Positions 50,436 to 63,830 are shown, counted from the stretch's first letter. The stretch is DNA of 64,000 bases from Eledone cirrhosa (GCA_964016885.1 OZ024742.1:217434001-217498000), one strand, 5' to 3'. The notes: generated by a model from the letters alone, not told the origin. Program-made: numbers and translations.

Positions 50436-52566
50436 TATATATACATACATATGTATATATATATACACATACATACACACATATATAGGACTACTGAGCC
50501 ACATGTGTTTTATATCGGAGTTATCCCAGTTTCCTGAGTTGCCTTCTCCGCCCTGACAAAGGCTAGAGGTCCTTCACTCCCAGAGGCTTAACCGCGCGAT
50601 TGGGTGTCCAGCCCAACTATTTCTATGACTCCATGAAGCATAGTTATCAAGACAAATGTCAGTTTGGCTATTTCACATTTTTAAAATATAATTCTATTTA
50701 AAAAGTATGAGTGAGGAAGTCATCAGCAATTAAGGTTATTACTTTCTTTTAAATTGAAGTTAGTGATATTCACAAACATTTGCTGCTCACCTTAGATGAT
50801 TTCATAATATACTTGAAGTTCCTACTTCATGAAAGATTGTCAGTGTTGTTTATGCAGAAAATATCTTGTTGATGAAACAGATTTCTGCCCAAGTTTAATC
50901 TTCTCTGAGTTTCAGCAATCAGAGATCAGCTTTCTCAACCTCTGTCCAGGTCTTGATCCTCTGTAGCTGCCTTCACTCAGCAATCATCATCCATACACAT
51001 CACATGTCCATACAATTACAATCTCCTCTCTTAAACACTATATCTGAGTCCTTATACCCAGTTTTTCTCTCAGCTCATCCATACTTCATCATTCATACAT
51101 ATTAACATTGCACATACATTGAAGCATGTTCGCTTCATTTCTCTCTAGCCTTCGCATATCCCCTGCATTCACTGCCCATGTTTTTGAAGCAATAGTTAAG
51201 TTAATTTTAACATATTTAATGCATGGGAGAATTGAAAAGATAACTGAAATAGTTACATAATGAACATTTTGAAAAAATATTAGTCAGTGTTTAATATTTT
51301 TATTTTTTCTGCAAATAAGGGAAACAACTCTGTAATATATTTTAATCTTATTCTAATCTCATCAGTGAAACAAACCTTTGTTGAACTGAAGTAGTGATGA
51401 AAGTATGTGTACAAAATTGTAAATTTGTTAGCTTAGGAATATAGAATTGTTTAAAAATTTGATAATTCAGAGACATCATCAACATGAAAAGTAATTGGCA
51501 TGTTAATGTTAAAATATCTAATGCCTGTAGCATTAGATATTAAACTAATGCTGCATAGAACATCGAGAGAAACTAGAAAGGGAATGTAATATACTGTTTG
51601 GGGAAAAAGAGAAAGAAAATTACATTAATGTTAATAGTTGTAATTTTCCCATGATCAACCAATACATGTCAACATTTGCCAGGACCAAATTTCATTCATA
51701 TATCATAATGGGACGTTATCAAATCTTGCTGTTGTTGCTATTATTTTTGTTGTAGTTGTTGTTGTTATTTTGCCAATATAGTTGTAAAGAGGATTTAACT
51801 ATGTAATGTCATAACAAAGAAACTACTATAGAAACAAAAATATTGCCAAACGACTTCTTTTTCAGAAATTATAATGTTGTAGGGCTAAAACAAACTGCAA
51901 AAGAGAAGGAGAGACAGAGTTGGGGGTGGGAATAAGCAATAGATAGAGAGAGATGAATTTTGGAGGATGTTCTGCCATTGATATTTTTCAATAATTATTT
52001 TTTGTACAGAATCAGTTTCTAAATTTCTGAAATAGTCCTTCATATGTAATGAGCCTAACTATATACTGTAAACAGTAATATCTGGGGAAACTAAAACATC
52101 ACCCTCTGGTGAAGAGTAATTCACAAAACAAGACTTTTCCTGTTTCTCATATTTATTCCAGTTTTGATTTATGTATATATTATATTTATTTATATAGGGC
52201 ATCCAACCATAGAAACCTAGCAAGAAACAGTTCTATATGAGCAAGACACGGTCACCTGACCCAACTTGCCTCTAACAGGACAACTGGTCTAACCCATGCT
52301 AGCATGGAAAATGGACGTTAAACGATGATGATGAATGTAGTTCCTAATTGTTATTGGTTTATTGTTGTTTATTTTAACCAACCACCCATCTGTATTGCAA
52401 AGTTAAAAAGAGAAGAAGAAAATAAATAAGAGACTAGCTCTTGTTCTTTCCAATGTCTTTGCCAAATTATTCATATCCTTAAATTTAAAGAAGGTCTGAG
52501 AGAGTTCTTTTGTCTTAGATATAGTGAATTATCATGTATGAATTATGAATGCAAGTATATTTATAC

Positions 52567-53092
52567 ATACATGATGGCTTCAAACTCTGCTAAGAGTATT
52601 GCAATCGCTTGTCAGATTACAGAAAATGGTGCACTTTTAGGCTATGGTCAGCCACACAAACCTGTAACATAACCTGAACAAGGAATGCCTGTGCTTTGAT
52701 GGGTTTTTTAAGTGGGGAAAGGCCTTGCACTCGACCAATCCCACTCTCTGAGCATTGAAAACACTACCCAAAAAGGAAAACTGGTCAACATCATCGGATG
52801 CTTCGAAAGCCGCAGGTTTTTTTTCAGAGTTTCCCTCTCCTAGAAAGGTGTTGTGACAACAGGGGGCCCTTCACTTCCAGGTAAAAAAAAAAAGTACTAT
52901 TTGTATGGCCATTGACTCTGCTGAGTTCCTCCGCCCTTTGCCCGGTCTTGTATTTCATCCCGCAGGGTGTCCAAATATCACCCTCCTCACCAAGCAAGCT
53001 TAGTGGGGTTGCCGGTTTAGTAGCCGACGACCTGACCATGAGACATGTTGTACTGGGTTACATGTTTCCAGTAGCACTCTAGAGCAACCTGA
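52567..53092 (-). mobile_element. Diverged bipartite RTE-derived element
   Basis: Same blocks in the same order as 48169-48681 and 49592-50200. Confidence 0.6.
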
Positions 53093-54929
53093 CATACACA
53101 TATATATACATGTGTGTGTGTGCATGTGTGTATGTACATGTGTATGTATATGTATATAAATATATATACATACGTACATACAAACACATACATACAAACA
53201 CATATATACATACATAGACTGACAGGCAGATACTTATCTTCTTTCTTACCTACCCACCACCAGAAGACAGAGAGGACTCCTTGGTTTGAGACAATGACCA
53301 ACAACCTCTCCTGTACTGGTGCCACAAATATGCACCCAGTACACTCTGTAAGGTGGCTAGCTATAGGTAGGGCACTCATCTGTTAAAACTATGTCAAAAA
53401 GGGTCAAGAGAACCCTTCAGTTGTATCAACATCATGTCAACCTCCCTAGTGCTGGTGATTTACACGATAAACACACCTAGTTTATACTGTAAAGTGGTTG
53501 ATGATAGGAAGAGCATCCAACTGTAGAAAGCTTGCCAAACAAAGGGCCAGGAGGACCCTTTAATCATGTCATAGACATGACACCATCACTAGTGTTGGTG
53601 ATTTACAAGATAAATACGGCCACTATACTCTGTATATGTTGATTTAATCGACTTTCCCCTTCCCCAAAATTGCTGGCCTTGTGCTTATAGTAGATACCAT
53701 TATTTTTAAATCCTGTCGAGGTTAACTTTGCCTTCCTTTCACCCTTATGGGGGCCAATAAAATAAAGTACCAGTAATGCACTGGGATAATTGCTGATCTT
53801 GTGCCAAAAATAGAAACAATTATTATTTATCAACATATACCTGAGAGTGTTAGAGAGGCAGAATCCTCAAATGTGTGTGTGTGTGTTGTTAAAAACATAA
53901 CATTTTTAGTTTCAACTTCTTGTATTTTCTTATAAGTCCTCTGTAGTTCATTTAAAACAACAAAGTTCTTAAATCCATAATTTAATTAATGTTTCTAGAC
54001 TTTCACAGTCTCATCATCTCAAGTGTTGTTTGCTTATTTTTACAACCTAGTTTATTGTAGGTATATGTATGAAATTTTATGCAGTTCTTTCTTTCTTTAT
54101 TGGTTTATATGGCTTTCTTACTGGAATTTGAATCTTATAGCTTGATCATTGGTCTTAAATTTAACAGCTTATATGGGATGGTTTTCATCTCAAGGAAATA
54201 ATATAATTGCAACATCTAATTCACTTATGAAATTATATCCATTAATATATGTTTTTTATTTTTTATTTTTTTATTTGGTACCTTAACTTATCATCCACAC
54301 CTTGACATGCTAATTTCAGTTTATTTTTATCTGGTAAAACTTTTATATTATTTAACAATTCTCATATGTTATTGAATCTTTATAATTGCTCAAATCTCAC
54401 TGATAAATAAATAACAATTGTGTTGATTATTGTGTTAAACACATAATCTTTTAATCTTCTTTCTGGGTTATCTCTGTTTGAAACCTTGTCAATAAACTCG
54501 TACTCACACTATTGTTTTTGCTGATGTTATTTCTGTGGAGCTAGGGGGCCTTGCCGGATATCTAAGAGTCAGTAATGTCATGGGGCAGGAAGGTCTTGCC
54601 AGAAGTAGAAGAGTGGAGTGACGTCATGTAATGGGATGTAGGAAGTAGCAGCAAAGTTAGGGGCTCTCTCTATCTTGCTATTGGTTGGTTGGGGAAGCAA
54701 TACACAGTTTTGCTCCATGTGCTGCAGTTGTATGTTTAAACATTCTGACCAGAGCGTTGTGTTGGGCTGAGCACTTACTGACACAGATATACCCCATTCT
54801 GGATAAGATCAACCAGTGAGACATCCCGCGATGTAGGTGAGCTACTCTCTTCTCCCACCGTCCTCTGTACAACAAAATTTCAGTAACTTTTCAAACTATG
54901 TTTTATTGTCAGGGTTTGCTTTCAAGAGA

Positions 54930-55170
54930 TCATAGCTCTGATACTATGGGCATGTGGTTAGAATGTCTCAGGAAAGAATCACTGGACAGATTTTATGAGA
55001 AAAACCAACCAGCAGGAGACCCAGGGGTAGATGCCGAGCAAGATGGTTCGATAACATCCATGAGCTTGGCTGATCACGCATGGGGATCCAGCCAGACCAG
55101 TTGGAGACGACTATTTCTGACAGGGCTTGCTGGAGTGAATGTTTGAGGACTCTGCACCCACAATCCTCTC
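54930..55170 (+). mobile_element. Old RTE/Expander-like 3' fragment
   Basis: YYGHVVRMSQERI..RRPRGR.RARWFDNI with stops. Confidence 0.6.
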
Positions 55171-55523
55171 ACGAATAAGTGGGAGAAGTAGAAGTTTGCT
55201 TTCAAAATCCAGCACTTACAATATACTTATGAACCTTACTACCATATATTTTATTATATCTTGTGATAATGATTTACAAAATAACTTAAAAGAATGGCCA
55301 GATAAACAGTTACACTTCATAAAAAATATAAAATAATATATATTTCAGGAGGCTATGCTGCTTAGTTGGTGTTGCACCTGATCCCTGTCCTGACAATGCA
55401 TCAGATGGTCCACACTTGTTAAAAACAGAAAGCTAAATGTCAAGACAAGAATGGCCTCACTTAAGTTAAAGTTATCATATCCTGTTTGTTAATGAGGTGT
55501 TGTCACAACTCATAACACTTTAA

Positions 55524-56328
55524 CCCTTTTGATACAATCCACTCAAAACTGCCTTAATACTATGATGAAAAACCTCTTGTTTTAAAGTATTTATATTTAA
55601 CCCTTTAACATTTACTCTTTATATACTATTGATTTTCACAGAAAACACTTTATCTCACATAATATCAGATCTACAAGATTTTGATATTATTTATTTTGAG
55701 AACAATACCTTAACATCAGTATGAGTGGCCAGTTACAGCCAGTTTGAACAGAAAGAAGTGAGAGAATTCTGGATGGGTGCAGCCAGTTTAAATGCTAAAG
55801 GGTTAAATTAAATATAATCTTATGGAAGAATATTTTTGTTAAGCTATGTGCTAAACTCCAGCTTAACAGTATGGTTAGTTATTTTACTAGATTGCTTCAA
55901 AGTGTTGATTATACACAAGATTAATTGATAAATATGAGTAGTGTGTTTCATTATCTTAGACCCCCCCCCCCCTTCAGTTACGAATGACCATGGTTGTGCA
56001 TCTAGAAAGTTCCACTCCAAGGAATAAGCCCAGGGAATGTTTTTTTGTGGAAGAATTGCAGTTGCCCATGCATACCAGTCTCCCCTATTCATGTCACCAA
56101 TGTTGCCCAAATGAAAGTTGAAGGCCAATAGGGCTTGGAACCTGTTATATCGCAACTTATATTTCCCAGTTGAGTGAACTGGAGCAATATGAAATGATAT
56201 GTCTTGCTCAAGGAACCAATGCAACACTTTTCGAATTCACACTCTAATGATTGTGAGCTCAATGCTCTAACCATCAAGACTTCAGGTGATGGACACAGTC
56301 TTTTATTAGGATTATAGTATCAAAAGGA
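55524..56328. mobile_element. piggyBac-type MITE containing a nested MITE (55601-55802) and a SINE remnant
   Basis: Outer TTAA|CCCTTTTGATAC...GTATCAAAAGGA|TTAA; inner TTAA|CCCTTTAACATTT...AAATGCTAAAGGG|TTAA. Confidence 0.6.
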
Positions 56329-56490
56329 TTAAATTTATCTATCCTAATTTATCAGTTCAATTTCTTTGACCTCATGATTCATAATCAAAAGTATTGCTTT
56401 GTGATTCCCTTTGATCTCATGACCAATGTACTGCCTGAATATTTGATGTTAAACCATGAAGTAGTCAACTTATTTACAAGAAATGGAAAT

Positions 56491-56751
56491 TGTAACCAGA
56501 GCAGTCAGACTTACCTTGCTTCTTTAATTCACTTTGGACCGAGTCGTCCACCATCCACGTGTCTTACATCCAACCTTAGGGTATCAGAGCCTCTCTCCGT
56601 CTCGCTTCACACCACACATCCCCAATCGACCAGGTACTGCGGAGAAAGAGGTAGTCAGTAGCCCCTGAACCCTCAGGTGACATCACTCATCCTCCCGCTT
56701 CCGGTCAGGTGTCTTCCAACTTCCGGCAATCTCCCCTATGGCAGCCCCACA
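56491..56751 (-). repeat. 3' LTR
   Basis: Diverged direct repeat of 60388-60648; preceded on the - strand by the PPT GAGATCAGGGGGGCA. Confidence 0.92.
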
Positions 56752-56999
56752 TGCCCCCCTGATCTCAAGGATCAATCCCCCCCATTACACTGCTCCATGT
56801 CAAAATCCGCCATCCGCCTGGGTGTCAGTGGTTCTGTTGCGATCTCCGCACTGTTGGGGTGGCGCTTTTGTTTTTTCCTCTTCCTCGGAGTCTGCCACAA
56901 TCACTCTATGGACGTCCAAGAGATGTCATGGCATTCCATCCACAGACACATTGTTTTGGGAATTTACAGCCGTTACTGTTCCCTTTCCCCATTGAGATG

Positions 57000-59530
57000 T
57001 GCAACACGCATTTGGGGGCTTGACCCAGACCTCTTTGCCCACTCATATGAATGTGTTCTCTCTCTCCACTGGTTGTTGTGGTACCGTGCACAGGTGTTGC
57101 CATTCGTATCTGTATATTGCCCTGCGTGACACCAACTCTTCGGCCTGTCCCACCTGAGGAGACATGTTGTACCAAAACACTGTCTCCATTGGTGAAATGT
57201 GCCCCCTTTCTGCCATGGCCCTGATCGTGCGATGGTGTCTCTCCACAATCCCATTCTGCTCGTCCTGTATGCCGCTCTGAAGAAGCGGTTAACCTTCCAA
57301 TTGTCAAGCATCTCTTTCAGCACCTCCAAGTGAAACGCTGTCCATCAGCATTTCATCCACAGGGCCCCGCTCCAAGAAGATCTCTCTCAGCGTCTGTGTG
57401 ATTTCCTTCACGGTCCTTGTCTTCATTTCCCTCCATATCGCCATCTGTCCTGGCCCACAATCGACCATTAAGAGATACGTCTCCTGTCGGTAGTGTGTTA
57501 CGTCCACCGGCAATCATTTCCAGTTGTGCTCCACTGGGATGCTTCCCATCTCATGCACACCCGGAATGGGGTCGATAGACTGGCATCTGTCACAATCTCC
57601 GACCACTCTCTGGACACTCTGTCTGCTAATGTCGGAGTCGATTTTTCTGTCTAGGAACAGGGTCTTATCCACTCCCATATGGTGCATGGCATGCAACCCC
57701 CTCAACTCTGAGTCACTCAGCCAACACACTGCTGCTATCTCCTTTTTTGCATCCTCTGGTGCTTCCAGCCAGGCTTTCTTCACTCTGGTTAAAATGTCTG
57801 CCCTAGTTTTTTCTGAGGGTACAAAGACTACACTCAACTTCAGGCTGAACTCAGTAGACAGCTCTCCCAGAGTTCCCAGGCGGCACCTTATTAATGCTCC
57901 TCTCATTCACACCTTCCTCTCACTGATAAACACTGATCTCACCCATCCGAGTACAGTAGCTGAGTCAGAGCGAGATTCACTCCTCTCAGCACAGTGTCCA
58001 GTTCAACACCTCCTGTCTCCAGAGTGACCCCTAGTGCTATGCTGCTGGCATCACACCATACGGTCCCGCTCTCTGATTTGAGGATGTACTAATCCTCTTA
58101 ATGGGTTATCCACCTTTACCCTCTCCACGATCTCCTATATCATGGCCACTGTCCTTTCTCCTACCCTGTCAGACCATGTAACCCCAGCTCATCCTGTCAG
58201 CTCATCTCTTGACATAGCTGCATGTCGTCCAGAGCCACCCTGTGATCGGATAGTGGCCCACCAATTTACCCCACATTGAGAAAAGTTCCTGTCTATTCAT
58301 GAATAGACAGGAACTCTGTCAAGAGATGAGCTGACAGGATGAGCTGGAAATGAAGTCCTGGAACGGGGCCCAGTTCCAGGACTTCATTTCCCCCTCTGAA
58401 ACACCAGCGTGCCTGTCTTGTCTCTTTGCAGCTTCAGTGCCAGTGCAGCTCCTCCTTCCATTACCTCTGGCGGTTTCGAGGTTTCACGGTTAACCTGAAA
58501 CTTCCTAAGTAGCTTGAGACCACAGTCTCAAGCTACCAAGATGTGGTCGATGTAGGAGTTGGTGGTCCTCGTCACCTTTTCTACTTTACCCAGAATGGCC
58601 TTGAGGACCGTCACCACGATCTTTGGTGCAGAGTTCAACCCGAACCCCAGCCTGGTCAGGCAATATGTCTGACCCTTATACCTGACCAGCTATACTTCCA
58701 CACTTTCTCAACTACATGTAGCTGCAGATATACTGATTTTAAGTCGACAATTGTGGAGACCCCTGTCATTCATCTCCATTCTCGCAAGGTTTCCCCCACA
58801 AACATCTGTGACCTCACCGCCTGTGTGGTATGACACATGTTCGTTCAGTTCATGAAATTCCAACACCGGTCTGACCTTGTTCTTCATAGATTATACCACT
58901 GCCATTAATGGCAACACTCCACACTTTACCTCCTCCTTCCAAAGGATCAATATACCCTCCTCAATCCATCTCTGTACCTCTCCCTCAAACTCGCTTCTGC
59001 CATCTCCTTTCAAGGTATGCTGATAACAGCCCACTCTATTCTTCAGCATTGTTGGTTCTCCTTTCCATTACCACTCAACTACCCACCTTTGTCCATCGAA
59101 CACAGCCCTGAAATCCTTGTCCTGTATGGTGTGAGCAGCATGTTTTTCTTTGTAGATCTCCCTGTTCTCCTGTTGCATACTCATAGCACATGATGTCCTC
59201 TTGCTACCAAACGTTACCCCGACCTCACTATAACGCCTCCTAAGCAGCCAATCGCATTCATACCCATTATTATATCGATTCCGCCCACCACACGGTCAAT
59301 CATGATCGCCTGGAGTCTTATTTTTCTTCCCCGTACCACTATCTCCACCTCACTGCTATCTCTGCATCTAATCTCCCTCCAATCGACTGCTACTTATCCA
59401 ACTCCACTTTTTAACCACCTCCGTGGTCACTAATGTTGTTGTGCAGCCCATATCCATGAGGACTCGTGTTGGCTTCCCCGCCACCAGAACTTCCACTATG
59501 GGCAGCAACTGCAAGGGCACCTCTACTTGC
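57000..59530 (-). pseudogene. Gypsy pol remnant
   Basis: Protease VLMDMGCTTTLV; RT SYIDHIL (YIDD mutated, about 58545); integrase HAMHHMG..CDRC and VDVTHY..MVDCG..MD; many frameshifts. Confidence 0.85.
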
Positions 59531-59579
59531 TTCCAGGAGTAGCTACCAGCACAGTAACCCCCCCCTTGGACCATTTCCC

Positions 59580-60300
59580 TGGTCACAATTCTTGGTGATG
59601 TGGTCTGGCCACTTACATCGGTAGCAGATTATGTCTGGCTTCAGCTCTCTGCTGTCCCTTGCCATGTGCAGGCCCCAGCACCTGAAGCACTGACCTCTGA
59701 ACACTCATGGACAAATATTCACAATTGCTGTTCTCCTTTCATCATTTATCAATTACTGTCATCTGTCATGGCTTCCGTCGCTGCTAGCGCTGCAACATTC
59801 CGCTCAGCGCCTTGTCCTACTACACAGGCCTGTGTGATTAGCTCACTCGTGCTCATCTTTCTGTTTCCAGGCAACTGTTGGAGCCTCGCTGAGATCTCAT
59901 CGGGAAACCCGTTCACAAACGCCATTCGTACAGCCCTTTCATGGTTCTCTCCTGTGAATTCAGCCAGAGTAGCCAACCACCGTATTTCCGCTGCAAATAC
60001 GACCACGTGTTCTCCCATCCATCTCACTTTGCCTAGCTTGACGAAAGCAGCATAAGGCCCTTCAGTGAACGCTTCCTTAAGATGTTGTTCTATCTTCTCC
60101 GCATTCAGTTGGTCTGACTCGTCCATCTCGAGGTAGAATGCCAGTACATTTCCATCAAGATAAACAGCGATTAGACCAACCGCATTATCAATACCTTGCA
60201 GCATGGCAACCAATCTGACTTTTCTCAACCAGGCGATGACATCTCCTTCACCATTGAAGGCTTTGATTGCCTCACTACCCATTCCCAATTTTGATGCCAT
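59580..60300 (-). pseudogene. Gypsy gag remnant
   Basis: ORF 59749-60300 (FNGEGDVIAWL..LKEAF..FVNGFP) and downstream CYRCKWPDHITKNC CCHC knuckle. Confidence 0.85.
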
Positions 60301-60375
60301 CTACTTTGCGAGATCGTAAAAGTTAATAATACTCCAAGAGTAAGAATGCTGAAAGATGGGAAAGAAATGTTAAAC

Positions 60376-60387
60376 GCCGAAATAGCT
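60376..60387 (-). other. Putative primer-binding site complementary to nt 1-12 of tRNA-Phe(GAA)
   Basis: AGCTATTTCGGC directly abuts the 5' LTR; its complement GCCGAAATAGCT is the 5' terminus of metazoan tRNA-Phe. Confidence 0.7.
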
Positions 60388-60648
60388 TGTAATCAGAGCA
60401 GTCAAACTTACCTTGCATCTTCAATTCACTTTGGGCAGAGTCGTCCACCATCCACGCGTTTTACATCCGACTTTAGAGTATCAGAGCCTCTCTCAGTCTC
60501 GCTTCACACAACACCTCCTCACTCGACTACATACTGCTGGGAAAGAGGCAGTCAGTAGCCCCTGAACCCTCATATCACGTCACTCGTCCTGCTGCTTCCA
60601 ATTAGGCATCCCCCAACTTCTGCCAATTTCCCCCACAGCAGCCTCACA
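60388..60648 (-). repeat. 5' LTR
   Basis: TGT..ACA ends; direct repeat of 56491-56751. Confidence 0.92.
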
Positions 60649-60678
60649 GAAATCTTGAAAAGAAACATTTCAACTGAC

Positions 60679-60709
<31 letters not shown>

Positions 60710-61024
60710 CTTCTTCTTCTTCTTCTTCTCCTTCTCCTCCTTCTCCCCCTCCCTCTCCTCCACCACCTTAATGAGGCATCTAGTGATGAACATGAGGGTG
60801 CTTGGTTGTTCCACTACCTTGGCTTCACTATCATCTGTAGTAATGCTGCAAACGTGTTTGCTTGCTTTAAAAAACATTAGAGGGAAGCATCAGCAACCCT
60901 TATGGTGTGTCATTGATTGACGCACATTACTTACTGTTGAATTAATATTTTCTTTTGTTTTGATTTTATATTCTTTTAATGCGAAATATTTATGTTATTA
61001 AGTATTGTATATATTATTTATTTT

Positions 61025-61555
61025 TGTGGGTAGGGTATTTGACTTACAATTGTAAGGTTGTGAGTTTGATTCCCGACAGCGCATTGTGTCCTTGAGCAAG
61101 ACACTTTATTTCCCGTTGTTCCTGTCCACTCAGCTGGCAAAATTGTGTTTTATCTGTAGTTCGAATGGCCAGCCTTGTCACATTCTGTGTCATGCTGAAT
61201 CTCCCTGAGAACTACGTTAAGGGTACATGTGTTTGTGGAATGCTCTGCCACTTGCACGTTAATTTCATGGGCAGGTTGTTCCATTGATTGGATCAACTGG
61301 AACAATTATCATAGTAACCAGCAGAGTGCCAGAAAAGAGAATATTATTTATGTGTATATATAAGGGGCGGTGGATTGGCAGTATCGGTAGAGGGTCGGAC
61401 GCCATGCTTTGACGTATAGAGTTACGGCCCTTGCCATTCTGAGTTCAAATCTTGCCGAGGTTAACTTTGCCTTTCATCCTTATGGGGTTGATAAAATAAA
61501 GTACCAGTAATACACTGGTCAATTGCTGGCCTTGTGCCAAAAGTAGAAACAATTA
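61025..61555 (+). mobile_element. Two adjacent SINEs of different families (61025-61335, 61364-61555)
   Basis: tRNA-like heads and bodies shared with the copies at 36595/41989 and 28275. Confidence 0.8.
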
Positions 61556-62912
61556 TTTATGTGTATATTTTCTTCAAAAAATAAATAGTGATTATCTATT
61601 ATTGTCATACAATCACTGTATATATTGAGGAAACAAACTAGTCATAAACAACACATACAGCTTAAACCTTCAATGGCTTTTATCATCATTTACAGGCAGT
61701 CTGAATATCTACATCTGAAAATTTCATCTCCAAGGCCCAATCCTGGGTAAGGGTTTTTGTGGATGACTATCAGCTGTTGATGCATACAACATACCTCTCT
61801 CGATGCCAGTGATGTAGTCTATTGAAAAAGGGAATGGCTAATACAGCTTCATAACAATGTTATCACAGGTGTTGCCATCAGAATGCAAAGAGCATGAATT
61901 TCAAAGTTACTACAAATACTTGGCCTCAGAATCTCTGATGTTCTTCTCTAGCAATATCATAGTTATAACAAGGCTAAAACTGCATCAATATATAAAAAAT
62001 AAACAAGGTTTCTCTTTAAGATCTGGAAATACTCCAGCATTATTCAGTTGCCAACCCTTTACAGAGCTCAAGTTAGACCTACATTAAAGATTTACCCAGC
62101 AACACATTTCAACCACTGGCTCACATCCTTGTGTTTTCCCCTCTGAACTTTTTCTATTGCAATTACAATAATTGCTGCCATTTTTTCATTTACTGTTTAT
62201 TCAGACATGAAAGGGAAGTGCCCATGACACCTTGTTTTTTTATGGCCACCAAGCCTCATGAGAGAAAGGGAGAAAGTAAGCCTCAAACCAGAGACCAGAC
62301 ATGGATGCTTGCAATGGTGTGATCACTGCTAAAAACACATGAGGACCAAGTGGTGATGTTAAACCAAACAAATAATTAAGTCTACTACTCAAATACTCAG
62401 AACACAAAGAACCAGAACAAGACATTACATCTAACAATATAACAACTCTACAAATCTACAACCTGAACACTGTGGTTCTTTATTTTATCAACCCCTAAAG
62501 GATGAAAGTGGGATTTTAATACAGAGTGCAGAGAACCACAACAGATATGCAAGGCATTCTCTTCTATGCCCAAATTACTCTGTTAGTCCATTGCCTATTG
62601 AACTAGCTCACTACTTACCTTTTCAACTTACACCCACCTGTCTCACATCCTCCTGCCACCTTGCCAAGAACAATAACTTTCTGTAAATTCCCTCCCAGCC
62701 CATATACTTCCTACAGATACTAACCTACAGATTTTTAAGCCTAACATCAACCACATCAATTTTACCAATCTGAGATGATCTGCAAAGATTAAAACTACTC
62801 CTCCTTCTTTGATATAATCATAAAAAATACTCAACAAATGAACAAATGCTTTAGAGAATAATTAAACTTGGTTGTAATTTGGTGGTTGTTAGCTTAAGGA
62901 TTACATCCAATA

Positions 62913-63280
62913 AATCATCATCGTCATCATCATCATCATTATCATCATTGATTAACGTCTATCTTCCACACTAGCATGGGTTAGATGGGTTTGTCCCATT
63001 TAGAGGCAAGTTAGGTCGGGTGACCCTGTCTTGCTCACATAGGAGGGTTTCTGGCTGGTTTTCTATGGCTGGATGCCCTTCCTAATGCCAACCACATTGA
63101 CAGTGTGTGCTGGATGCTTTTTGCCGTCTCTTTTACACGTCCACTTTACAGTATGGGCTGGGTGCTTTTTGGGCTGGTTTTCTATGGCTGGATGCCCTTC
63201 CTAACGCCAACCACATTTACAGTGGGTGCTGGGTGCTTTTTGTTGTGACACCTACAGGGCCACTTTACAGTGTGGGCTGG
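62913..63280 (-). mobile_element. RTE/SINE 3'UTR fragment with tandem internal repeat and (GAT)n tail
   Basis: Two copies of GGCTGGATGCCCTTCCTAA(T/C)GCCAACCAC. Confidence 0.75.
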
Positions 63281-63419
63281 ATTACATTCAATAAACTCCA
63301 AATAATTTTGAATTCTCCTTATTACTATATGAAAGCAGTGTAAAATATCTGTAAAATTGTGAATTAACTTCTTAGATTTCTAATGTAAAAGTTATTAGGC
63401 CATTATAAGCATGGATTAA

Positions 63420-63830
63420 GGGTAGTGGATTATCAGAATCACTTGAGCCTTACAGTATTTGTTCCAACACTTTATGTTCTGAATTCAAATCAAACTAGGG
63501 TCAACTTTTTCATCTTTCAAGGGTAAATAAAATAAAGTACCATTCAAGTACTAGGCTCAAGTTAACTGACTGACCCCTTCTCCAATTTCTGGCCTTGGGC
63601 TTGTGCAAAATATCAAAAGGTGGTGGATTGACAGAATCCTTATAGCATTGAACAAAATGTTTTCCAGTATTTGTTCTGGCTCTTCACATTCCTAGTCCAA
63701 ATTCTACTGAGATCACCTATACCATTCATTCTCCCGAGATTGAGATTGATAAAATAAAGTACCAGTCAAGTACTGGTACTTTACCCTGCACCTCATATTT
63801 GGAGTCTTGCGCCTATGTTAAAAATTATAA
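63420..63830 (+). mobile_element. Two tandem degenerate SINEs
   Basis: GGTGGATT..CAGAATC heads and ATAAAATAAAGTACC cores. Confidence 0.65.

Larger units (their letters stand above)
56491..60648 (-). mobile_element. Structurally complete but degenerate Ty3/Gypsy LTR retrotransposon (4.16 kb)
   Basis: 261-bp TG..CA LTRs, GAAAT TSD (56486-56490, 60649-60653), gag-PR-RT-RH-IN order, polypurine tract next to the 3' LTR. Confidence 0.95.
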
